A DNA stretch of 63,454 bases, filler included, from Hausera hauseri (lineage: Eukaryota), in assembly GCA_046269625.1 (NCBI GenBank). It is 11 parts of 11 records of this genome, joined end to end, with 100 filler letters (N's around TTAATTAATTAA, not from the genome) between each part and the next. Parts side by side here need not be neighbours in the genome. Positions count along the whole stretch, not along the records: positions 36,257 to 41,599 come from JBJURY010274619.1; positions 41,700 to 48,421 come from JBJURY010071994.1; 9 more parts are not named here. The stretch is one strand, 5' to 3'. Positions 37,681 through 48,521 of the stretch are shown piece after piece (positions within the stretch are counted from its first letter, which is position 1; every line of letters starts with the position of its first letter). A model generated the notes under the pieces. It was not told the origin of the DNA. It made no database searches and saw only the letters and a list, made by a program, of their open reading frames with translations. The translations under genes and the position numbers were made by a program.

Positions 37681-39477
37681 TTAGTTCTTCGGGGTTCGTA
37701 CGGACAGTTGTCTTTGTTCCCTAATCAGATCTGCATTATAGTCTATTTCTTTCATTTTTATTGGCCTTCCGACCGGTCGTTTCGGTTTCGTCGGTAGTAA
37801 AGTTTCACTTAGAGGAACTAAATTTTTATCGTATTGCAGTTTTTCGTCATCAGTCTGTAAGTATTTGAAATACATTGCAGCATCCTGAATCCCCATGATT
37901 CTTCCGACGCAATGCTCTGTATGCGCCTTCCTCATGGCTTCGTCTTTGGTTTGCTCACTAAAAATTATTGCTATTATTCGATTTCCTTCGTGGGGTATAA
38001 TCCCCACGTCTATTAAAGATTCTAACTCATCTAGTGTCCTACTCCTGAAATAGAGTCGGTAATTAACTCCTTCCTTACCATCCTTATCCATTATTCGCTG
38101 TCTTATATCCGCAACGGTGGTATAAGTAGTGCACTCAAATTCCTCGTCGTCCATCCATTCGGATGATACTTTAACTTTAATTTCCGTTTCTGGTTTGTTT
38201 CTCAATCGTTTAGCGTATTCTCTTATTAGGAGCTTGGTGACCGCTCTGTATGCGGTGTTTTCACTGGATAGCTTAGTCAAAGTTGGGATAAATTTCCTTA
38301 GTCTATCCTCACTTATGTTTATTTTCAGTACACCGCTTAGCTCCTTTTCAGCTAGTATAGGATCAAGTATCATTTGTACGCCAAATTTCGTTTTCTGGGT
38401 ACCAATAAGTAACTCATAAATTTGTATTGGAGTTTTTTGACTCTGCTCGTTTAAACTTTGGAGGTATTCATCCCACTCGGCATTATTATCTGCGTCAGGT
38501 AACCCGTAGTTTATAAATGCCGCGTGTCCAACTTGGACTCTTTTGCGTAGTTCTCGTATCTGCGGTTGTAACGTTTTCATTATGGAAACCTTAAATCCGT
38601 CTCCATTTCCGCAAGCCTGTTGTATCAATGTTATTATTTGGCACATTTTTTCTGGTTGTATCAAGGCTTTCTCCTGATAGCTGGTCACCTCTGTGATTCT
38701 GTCTCTCAGCCATCTCTGTACAAATTCCCTTTTGTCGTTTACTTCAGATTCCGTAAGGGAATACTTGTTCTTGTGAACTTCCGCTTCTCTTAGTAATTTG
38801 TTTAGTTCGCACTGTCTTTTCTCGCAGCGTAGCCGGGTTTCTTTTATCAAACGTATTCGATTTGTCAGTCGTCTGGCTACTATTTCGTCATTTTTTGCCA
38901 TTTCTTTTAATAGTACTTTTTTGTTCAATACTTCGGCGTCCGGATCTATTGCGTCTATTAGCCTGCCTATGAACTTGGCTTCGTCATCTGTCAACTGAAG
39001 ATCCTTCCTAAATTCCGTTAGTTTGGTATGGCAATGTAGATCGAAACCTGGTGTCCATTCGGCTGGATTCTGGAAATATTGTAATGTTTGCACCAGGGCG
39101 ATTCGGTGATCGTTACATACTTCTAATGTTTCAATTTCCTGCGCTAATATTTCCTTCAATGGTTTCTGCATTAGGCTCTGAATCCCTTCCCAACGGATAT
39201 TCGCTAAGCTTCGCTGAAGGTCACTTAATTTATTTCTCTTTCTATCGAATTCCTTTTCCTCAATCATACTATATATCAATGTTGGTGTTGTTTGATCTTG
39301 ATTACTACTCATAAATTCAAGTTCTCGGAATGATTTGAATTTAATTCGCAATTTCGCTTTCTCCTCCATTGTACCTATATCCACTAACATTTCTTCCAAT
39401 TGGTGTCTCATTATAGGCTCAGTCATAGTGAATTCTCTTAGCTTCTCATTTATTATCGCTGTTATGGAAGGGAACAA
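37681..39477 (-). CDS. Polyprotein segment: helical/coiled-coil region, ubiquitin-like domain (37963-38181) and AT-hook (~37756-37782)
   Basis: [41 protein letters not shown] compared with ubiquitin [49 protein letters not shown]. Confidence 0.7.
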   Translation of the reverse strand: [598 protein letters not shown]

Positions 39478-41009
39478 GTCTATCCACTTCCTTATTTGTT
39501 TGGGTATTACCGGTTTAGTGTAGATTATCTCGTCTAGTGACTCAAGAGCTTCTTTTAGTTCGTGATCTGGCCCTCATACAAATATTATGATATGTTTCAG
39601 GTAGTTGAATTTTTTTATACTCATCTAATTAAAGAAGACAAGCGCGTGTTATTCGCTGAGCTTCTGCTTTTTCGGGGTGAACTATACCGGTCCTAAATTT
39701 TTTAATTTTGGTTCGTGCCTCATTTTCTTTTCCAATGCATGATTTTAAATCTGGATACTTCCGAGGGCTATCCTTTATCAGGTTGCACATTTCTATTAGC
39801 TGTGGGATATCAATTGGGTCTATGCCTAATATCTCTAATTCGGTTTCGTTTAGTTTATACACTGGCTTGATGTGAAGGTTAGAGATTGTCGCCTCTTCGA
39901 TCTTATATAGAAGTTCTTCTAAATTACGTCTTACACGTTTCCGTCTCTGGTTCTCTTTTAGTGCGTTTAATAGTCCTTGCGCTTGGTTTACTTGATCAAG
40001 AAACGGTTCGCTTCTATTTCTCCACATTTTCGTAAAATCAATCCTGCATCTCGTCCACAGCTTTAATTTATTTTGCCAACCTTTCATCAAATCTTTCAGC
40101 GTTTCTTGGAGTTCATAAGGTGTATTTTCTTCCCTTTTCTGAGAACCGGTTCTAAGATTTTTATATAGCTTTTCTATGAATTGTTGTTCTTTTCTGGAAA
40201 TATCCAACTGTTTGCCCATCTGTTGGAGTTTTTGGGGATTCTTATGTAGTCTTCCGGGATCATTCAATGCATCTCTCTTATTTCTATTAGTTCGTTTGCA
40301 TTTTTCCAAGATTTTCTGATTTTCCCAAACCCAGTAGGTTTTTCTTCTTCTGATTCCTCCTCACTAGGTGGTAATGGGCATATTTCATTAATTTCACCGA
40401 TATTCGAAGTATTTGCTAGTTCCGGAACATCTTGGGTTATAATAGGAGTATTTAACTCCGCTTCATCTCTTAAGATGATAGTAAAATCTTCTTCCTTTTC
40501 TAAATCCTTTTTAATAGGAGATCGCGAACGGGTTCCCGACCTTCTTCTAAGTGAAGGGTTTTTACCCCTATTTTTTGTTATCTTACGTATTAGTGGGCCA
40601 ATGAATTCGCTCTCAACCTCATTTGCTGTTTTGTCCTTATCTTGAGGCGCGACCTCGGTATCTTCGTCTAAGTCTAGACTTGGAGACGTGGTCGTTTTTC
40701 ATTCTTCTGCTACCTCATTTTGGTTTATCTTCCTGGCCATGTTAGTGTTTCTGGGTGCTATAGCAATTTTGTATTCCGTTTTTGGTTCTCTTGACCCATG
40801 ATAGACTTCCATTAGCTGCAAATTTTCTTCATACTCCTTCCTGGACTTGCTTACTTGTGGATTATTAGATTCACCCATATTTCTTATATACCTTCGTAGG
40901 TCTTGCATCTCGATAATCATGCATATATCACCTCGTTTTCCATAGATTCCTTCCAAATTACCCTTTATCACACTAGCTTTACTGGTCTCCTAAAATGATA
41001 CGCTCCGTG

Positions 41010-41599
41010 GGTTAGGGCACGATCTAGCTATATGTCCTTCCTTGCCATATGAATAACAAATTAAGTTTCCGTCTCGGGCGATCCTTTGTCGCCCGTCTTC
41101 TTTCACTGGTGATTTGGATCTGCCTATTACTTTATTTTGAGTTGGTCAAGCTTGTTTATTGATTCCATTATTTCTATTTTCGAAACTGCGACTCTCCATA
41201 TATCGGTTCTTGTTATTTCGGTTATTATTTTGGTTTCTATCCAGATTATAACCTGTTTTGTATGTGTTCTGATTATCACTAAAGTTCCTATTATCGTATC
41301 TCGTACTGCGATTAGTGGCATTTTGAATTCTATTCTCATAGCCTCGGTCCCTATTATTATCATTAAATCTTCTATTGTTCCGGTTTCTATCCTGATTATC
41401 ACGATCATTATTTTGGTAATATCTATCATTCTGTCTAGAGTATCTATCTAGTGCCATTTCTAACTTCTGGGCTAACTGTAATGCAGTCTCGAAATTGTCT
41501 GGACGAGCTAAAATTACTTGCTTAACTAAATCTCTGGACCATATACCATTTATTAACTGAGTTGTCATCATGAGATCTAAATCCGGCGGGCTAGCTTTT
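41010..41599 (-). pseudogene. gag: Gag C-terminal part (capsid CTD end, N/R/D-rich linker, CCHC zinc knuckle)
   Basis: QLINGI...ILARPDNFETALQLAQKLE; N/R-rich stretch; ICYSYGKEGHIARSCP (CX2CX4HX4C with one C>Y change). Confidence 0.8.
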
Positions 41600-41699
41600 N
41601 NNNNNNNNNNNNNNNNNNNNNNNNNNNNNNNNNNNNNNNNNNNTTAATTAATTAANNNNNNNNNNNNNNNNNNNNNNNNNNNNNNNNNNNNNNNNNNNN

Positions 41700-42701
41700 G
41701 AGCTGACAAGAAACAGAGAATCCTTCAGAAGGGCTGTGATGAGGGCGACGTTCTGCAAAGGACAGGCCACATGATGTCATATTGTGGCATCATCTGTAAG
41801 TCAAACATTGGTAGACTTAGACAGGAAAGAGGCTGTTCAATAGGATAACAACCAGCATTTTCTGCTTTTAAAACCGTCTGACACGAAGTAAAAGCCAACC
41901 AGTGTTACCCGACTCTTTTCATAGAAGTTTCTCTTGTCTAGACTCTGGACTGGCCCAAATGATCCAAAAAGACACCTTTCCTCCTCTGGTCTATATTGGT
42001 CTTTTTATATTAGTCCTTTTGTGTACGACAGATGACTGGTATCGAGGTAAGATGCCCACCTCGGATGCTAGAGATCCGGGATTCAAATCCTGTTTTACTC
42101 ACTGGGGATCTTCTCTACTGTATTTTCATGATCTCTTAGATCGGACGTTCATGTACATTCTTATGTTCACTTCTTTCTTTCTTTCTTTCTTTCTTTTTCC
42201 AGCAAGATCGCATCATTTATTGATTATGCTCAGCTGCAATAAAAATGGTTTCACTAACGATAAGAATTCCGTAGTGTGGACTTGTCGACTGTATACTCCA
42301 CTTAACTTAATCAGAGTCTGCCCTGCAGGCGACAGAGTAATACCCTTCCCCAAGTCAACAGCATACAAGTCTATGGTGTACTAATCATGTATGGTGTCTT
42401 GTTCGCTCCTAGGAAATGTTAATAGATTTCTTATAAAAACAATTACGAGCTGTATAATGTGTTGTATTGTTGGTACACCATGTTTATTTCTTTCGGAATT
42501 CTGTCACTTCATCAATTTGTTTTGGAATATATTCATTCTTTTATTCCTAGGCAAGTAACTACAGATTATTCTTCTTCTGCACTTATTTATTATCATGCCG
42601 CTTTTCGTCTTCTGTGTCCGTTTATTATTTCCATTGCATTATAGCGTCTTTGCTTGTACGCGCGAACTTGTGCATGTGGATGTGCGTGCAATGCTGTTAC
42701 A
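41700..42701 (-). repeat. 3' LTR (U3 part, runs off the contig)
   Basis: Begins TGTAACA just after a polypurine tract at ~42704-42718. Confidence 0.7.
42029..42100 (+). other. tRNA-Pro-like sequence inside the LTR
   Basis: TGGTATCGAGGTAAGATGCCCACCTCGGATGCTAGAGATCCGGGATTCAAATCC resembles tRNA-Pro (TGGTCTAGGGGTATGATTCTCGCTTCGGGTGCGAGAGGTCCCGGGTTCAAATCC), with A- and B-box-like motifs. The acceptor stem is not intact. Confidence 0.55.
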
Positions 42702-43477
42702 CATCCCTCCTTTCCTTAAGGGAGACTTTTGCTTTGTCAAATGTCTACTAGAATGCTACTACTTCTCAAAAAGTCATAAAGTGTATAATACATAGCATAA
42801 TTGTAATACAATCATTTACAATATAATAATCATGTCAAGTATCATGTTTTTCAAACCCTACATTCCTGATTTCAAATATTCATTAACCTTTAATGCATTA
42901 AAAAGTTATTATCATTTTTAACACAATAAAGTGAATGCCCTATCAAAGTTACGTATCAACGCAATAAAACAAGTGTCATCTCAATGCGAAATACAGATAC
43001 TACAAGGTGCAATGTTTAGTCTGCATGCTCCAAATTTATAACATTGTTGTAATACCTAAACTCCAAAGATCACACTCATGAAACTTAATTATGGTAACTT
43101 ACAATTACAATCTCTAGTTACAAAAAAAATTCTTCAGAACATCATGATAACTGTTTATAGGTACATGAGATATGCATCCAAAGTAGATACAGTCGTTAAC
43201 CCTTCATTTAAGTAATTCACATCTCAAAATATCAAGATTATCTGTAACATAATTCATTACAAATTCAGTTAAAGGTGCACATAATAACATTATTATCGAT
43301 TAATTGTAACAACTTCTCATACAATAACTCATCAACAAAATAATTGAAAGCATGTCTAAAATACAACATCATAATTCCCTTTAATCATACACCCGGACAT
43401 ATATGCTTCATCTACCCTAATTGTCTGTGTCATGTGATGTTTTACAATTGCGTCTGTTGTTGTTGTTGTTGTACGGA

Positions 43478-45483
43478 TCAGGCTAGTTCTAAATTTGGAT
43501 ATAGCAATAATTTGCCTGATGGTTTTGTTTCTCGTTTTTGTTCATCTCTTACTACTGTTATGTTTGTGTTCTCGTAATTAACAGGTTTGACGGGTGTTTG
43601 TGTTTCTGTGTTCCTATCCTTTAATTCCATGTTTTTACTGTTTCTGGTAGCTTCGGCTGTTTTGTTCTCCATACATTTAATTATTTATGATGGTTTTTCT
43701 ATTCTTCGCTCCTACCAAGCCTAACACGATTATCACGACAATCGTTGATATCGTCATTCCCCCAAGTTACTTCTGGATCTTGTATTTACTTTGCTAATTT
43801 CCTGTATCTGGTTTAGTTCATTAATCAGATCGTTCATTTCAATCCGGTCTACGTTTTTCTACGGCTGTGGTAAATTCCTTAACACTAATGGTTTCAATTG
43901 TTTCTTCACTGGTTCCCAGATTTCCGAACCGATCCGTTTATTAATTACTTCCTTTAATTCTACTTTATCCTCCACATTAACGCTACTACTGAAAGTTCTA
44001 TACGAAGTTAACCTAAACCAATCAGTATGTGCAGTACATTCTGAATCCAATGTTATAATATCTAGCGGAGCTTGTAATTCTATATGTTGTGTTGTTACCT
44101 TATCCTCTTCTTCTCATAACTTTGTTACAGTTATGTTTCTTGAAGTTATTACTAACCATTTGTCTTCATGAATCTTTTCTAATTGTGGAATATCAGGTTT
44201 CAGTGTTATCTCAGCTCTACAGTCTTCTATTATATTCTCCGTCTTATCTAAAAATAATGTTAGTACTCAGAATCTTGCTCCGTTTACTATATATACTGGA
44301 TTCTCAAATTTGCAAAACCTATACGGTTGGTTTTCACATCTTTCTAATTCTTCCTGATTGACTAACGCAAATTGTGTTCTTTCCTTATTTATTCGAATGG
44401 TAGATTCTTCTACAATGTATCTTGCCATGGGTACCCTGTTTGTTTTCCCTACTAGATCTTCATTTATAGGTTTAAATAGGGGTTTAACTTTATAAACTTC
44501 GTATATATTCACATTATCCACTAAAGGTATATCTGTGACTGTGATGATCTGTCGTCTAAAACTGGTCGTATCTATTGATAACAACTTATAGTATACCCAT
44601 AGTTTTTCTTCTATGTCAGTTGGGAACTGTACGTTTGTAATTGGCACTTTTTGTAATCCCTCTAAGATGTTTTTCAATTCTGCTGGCATAAGTAGACTTG
44701 TCGTTAATTTCTTATTTATGGATACGTTTAGACTCGTCAGTAACTTCTCAATAGCATCCCTCACTTGATATATGAGTTCCCTACAATTGTCTGCTGTGAC
44801 TAAACTTATGAAAGAACGTTGCGTAAACTCCTCTAAGTCCCTTATTTCACCTTTTAACTGTGAATTCACCTGGTTGGAATAATCGACTATCTCCTGAATG
44901 AGTCTAAAAGCTCTGTTAATATGATCCATATTCTCGTGTACTTCTTTTCTTGTAATATTCAAAATAGAAATACTTCTCTCCATTACATGTTTCAATTTCC
45001 CTTGATTATCTGCAATTATTTTTATATCCTTTTTCATCCCTTCACCGTCAACTTCATTCGCTGTATCAAATAGAAATCCTAACACATCACCAATGTACGG
45101 TAGAACTGATCTTTTCCTTCTACCAGTATCTATTACAGTTTGGAATGTCTTATGTTCCTTGAGTAGGTAAAATTTCAATAACATAATCTCCTCTCTTAGT
45201 GTTTCTAGTGAATTAGCATAAGTACCATTGCCTCTTGCCTTGTAATTTTCTCAGTAACGTCTTGTAAGCGCATAGCTTGTCTGGTTGCATTCACTAATGC
45301 TTCCTCGTATGGCTGCATATCTGTCACAATGGTTAATTTCCAATGGGTTTTAATATCTGACCCTTCTTTCACTTTAATAAACACTGTATTATCTCTCACC
45401 AATATATGGTTTTTCTCCTTCTTGCCAAGAATGGTGGTGATATACATTATCGTCCACCATAGAATCCTTATTCGTCTCTTCAT
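43478..45483 (-). pseudogene. env: Envelope protein, baculovirus-F/errantivirus type (frameshifted)
   Basis: Signal MKRRIRILWWTIMYITTILG; furin site RRKR (45110-45121) followed by fusion peptide SVLPYIGDVLGFLFDTA; heptad region; TM MTISTIVVIIVLGLVG. A TACTAAC branch point at 45534-45540 lies upstream. Confidence 0.85.
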
Positions 45484-45543
45484 TTTTTCTTTGAAATTTG
45501 CGAAAAAAATGTATAGCCTAAGGTAATTCACCCGTTAGTATGG

Positions 45544-47035
45544 CTAATTCCTTTCTAACTTTTTCATAGCGTATTTGGTTAATACTGCGATGGTCGGGTC
45601 TTCGTCCTCTTCTATTGGCTTGCCCTTTTTACTTTTTTGTTTCTGTTTCTTCACTTCACAACTTTGCATTTCCCGTGTTCTTTCTGCGGTCTGCTTCTCA
45701 TTTTTCTTCGCTCTTAACTCCTTCTTCTCAATCTCTGGTTTTACTTTACTCTTTTTCTCTTCTCTCTGTGTTTCCTCTAATTTGACTTCCTCCTTTTTGG
45801 TTTGTTTCTTTTTTGTCCTCCCAACTGCCGCTTGAGGTTTCCGTTTTACCACTGGTTCGTCTTCACTCGAACTCTCTTCTGTGTAAGGTCTTTTTATTGC
45901 TTCTCTCATAGTTTCCTCCATTTCTTCTTCTCCCTCATCCTCGCTCGATACCATTGATGACGGTTCTCTCTGTATGTTTTGTCTGATTTCCTCATCCTCA
46001 CGCGCCACAGGTTTCTCTGCTCCTTCATGGTTGATTCTCTCATCTCTGTCTGCTAGTCTCATTTGTCTTTCCGGTATGGGCATATCACTTTCCTCTGAGG
46101 AATGTTCCCTCATTCTCCTAGCTCTCTCTAATTGTCTTTGTTTTGCTGCTTCAGTTCTTCGTCTAAGTGCTCCTCTGGTCTTTTGGAATGGTGCGTCCAT
46201 AAATTCTTCAGTTTCTCTAATTGATTCTTCCTCGTCTCCTACAGACTGTGTGTCCTTAGCGTCCTTGTGTTCCTTATATTTTCTCTCTCGCATCATTTGT
46301 TGGTAGGTTACTGGCGTATATCCTCCTACAGCTGATTCATCTTCAAAGTCTGACAATAAATCATCTTCGCTTTCGATATCTGATGCTTCCTCGTCTGTTG
46401 ATTCTGGTGTTACTGCATATTTCGTGTTCCTAAGTCTTTTATCTCCTTCTACCTTTTCTAATTCATCCCATCCTGTGTCATCCTTCCTCAATTCTGAAGT
46501 GGTTGCTTTAGCCTGGTGTCCACTCCAATAATTCTTTATCTCGTATGTAACTGGTCCTCTTTTCTCAATGATTATATACCCCTTTGTCCACTTATTGTTG
46601 AATTTGGAATCCTTGCCGTGTACTTTATACTATACTTTGTCGCCTACTTCAAATTCCTGTTGTTCTGAATTCTTGTTGCTTGATGCTTCCTTTTTATAAA
46701 TGCTTTCTTCAGACTCCCATGTACCCTCAAAAATGTCCTATGCATCTCCTGCAGCAAAATGTCATAGAAATCTTCTCCTAAGTACTTCCTATGCGGCTTC
46801 AGCAATAAATCTAGGGGAAGAATTGCTTCTCATCCATACAACAATTCGAATGGTGAATGTTTCATACTTCCATTCTCGTTCATTCTCAATGCTGCTAATG
46901 CTTGATTCAGATACAAGTTCCAGTTCCTCTGATTGTCTTCTACATATTTCGCTATGATGTCGTACATAGTTCTATGCTGTCTCTCATTTTTCCCGTTACT
47001 CTGTGGGTGGTAGAATGATGTCGTTATATGCGTAA
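45544..47035 (-). pseudogene. Integrase C-half with a long charged (E/K/R-rich) extension
   Basis: YHPQSNGKNER, FEVGDKV, KFNNKWTKGYIIIEKRGPVTYEI, then a 315-aa low-complexity tail. Confidence 0.8.
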
Positions 47036-47331
47036 GTCGTAAGTCAAATCACTTCAAACAACAATGATAATAATAATATCTCCAGAAGAAACTTCAGTTA
47101 CATAAACAATGCAAGTCATCAACAAAATATAACCACAAAGTCTAACTAAATATAAGTACATTCAACTAATCTCCTTGATGATCTTTGTTAGTTAAATTCG
47201 CGTCTCCAGTATTATCAGATAATTAACAATGTTCATATGACTTGGCGTGTCCTAAAGTGTTCTTAAAGTCGACCGCAAACGTAAACAGGACCTCAATTAC
47301 TCGTCGTGATGGTTGGTCCTTAATAATACAA

Positions 47332-48421
47332 TGTAACCCAGGTAATCTGGCACCTCGATACTGTCAGTAATAAAACACTTGAATTGATACACGAGTTTCA
47401 ATGTCTATCTCTAACTTTGACTGTTTATGTGTCTTTACTATTCAACCACATTGTCTGTGGGACTCAAGACTTAGTGCATGACATTGTTTCTTTACGGTAA
47501 CAACTGTTTAAAAGGTTCACGATATAACTACGTTGATCACTTTATTGTCTGTCTTTAAATGTTTCACTAAATCAGTACACGGCGTTCCACACTATCAGTG
47601 GGACTGTAACACTTCAGTGATTCACGATGTCTCTAGTCTATTAATTAGTCACTTGTTTCTCACAGTAGCCCTAGCCTCGAGCACAGTTACTCTACGACAC
47701 CGTTACACTGTCAATGAATAATCAATGGTTAAGTGTCTTAATCTCTACTTACAACAAGTTGCACTGTCGAATATGTCTGCTGACAATACACACGGGCTTC
47801 AACGATCAGCACCGGAGTCTAGATGTGGCTCCCTCTTCAGTGTTCAGCAAGGGTTGACAATGGCTCGGCTTTTCCACAGGATATCTGGCAGAGGATAGGG
47901 TATCTCTCGTACAGGCGACAAATAGAGAACTTTGCTATCCATAACGATGAATATAGCAGTCAACAAAGACTAAGCTCTGCTCAGTGCTTTGTTCTGTCCT
48001 CTGTATTATTAACTGTATTGCTTGACCCTAGCTCTTGGTGTGTCTGCTGGCTGACATTGTCTTCGTCTGTGAGGACGCGAATGAAAAGGCTCAAATGTCT
48101 CTCTACTCTGTCTGGAGTATATATAGTACCGTATCTAGTGTCCTTGGTCATCTACATTCTAGAAGTTTCTACGCACGTTGACATATGTACTTTTTCATGT
48201 AGCTCATGTCTAGGTCAGGGACAACATGTTTGTTAAATGTTTCTAGAATGTCTGAGAACCAAAGTTCCTTACTAATTTTAGTACCTATTCTGGAACATAC
48301 TGCCACATGATGCGCACTTCTAGAAAACAAACAACTTTGCCCTCAAACTGTCAGTTCTGATATCTACTGGGAACTTTTTCATTTAAACAGTGTCTTTCAA
48401 AACACACCCTCATGATTTTGT
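47332..48421 (-). repeat. Probable 5' LTR (TATA to U5 end)
   Basis: TATATATA near 48120 on the minus strand; ends ...GGGTTACA, an inverted match to TGTAAC. No overlap with the visible part of the 3' LTR, so identity could not be confirmed. Confidence 0.55.
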
Positions 48422-48521
48422 NNNNNNNNNNNNNNNNNNNNNNNNNNNNNNNNNNNNNNNNNNNNTTAATTAATTAANNNNNNNNNNNNNNNNNNNNNNN
48501 NNNNNNNNNNNNNNNNNNNNN

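Larger units (their letters stand above)
36257..41599 (-). mobile_element. Chuvirus-G Gypsy element copy D (more diverged): gag end - long unknown region - UBL - AT-hook - glycoprotein N-half
   Basis: Gag and zinc knuckle at the right end; G starts at 37222 (AVTIYD) and is colinear with copy B. Confidence 0.88.
41700..48421 (-). mobile_element. Separate Gypsy element with F-type env, internally deleted (LTR - leader - IN C-half - env - PPT - LTR)
   Basis: LTR-like end ...GGGTTACA at 47332; integrase TTSFYHPQSNGKNER from ~47035; env; PPT AAGGAAAGGAGGGA followed by TGTAACA at 42701. Confidence 0.8.

Noticed and set aside
41137-41451. Hydrophobic Ile-rich ORFs (41137-41451 +, 41127-41429 -) and similar antisense ORFs (45575-45835, 45974-46306)
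   Set aside because: They are shadow frames of the low-complexity Gag linker and the charged integrase tail.
42029-42100. Functional tRNA gene
   Set aside because: The acceptor and anticodon stems are imperfect and it lies inside an LTR, so it is reported only as tRNA-like.
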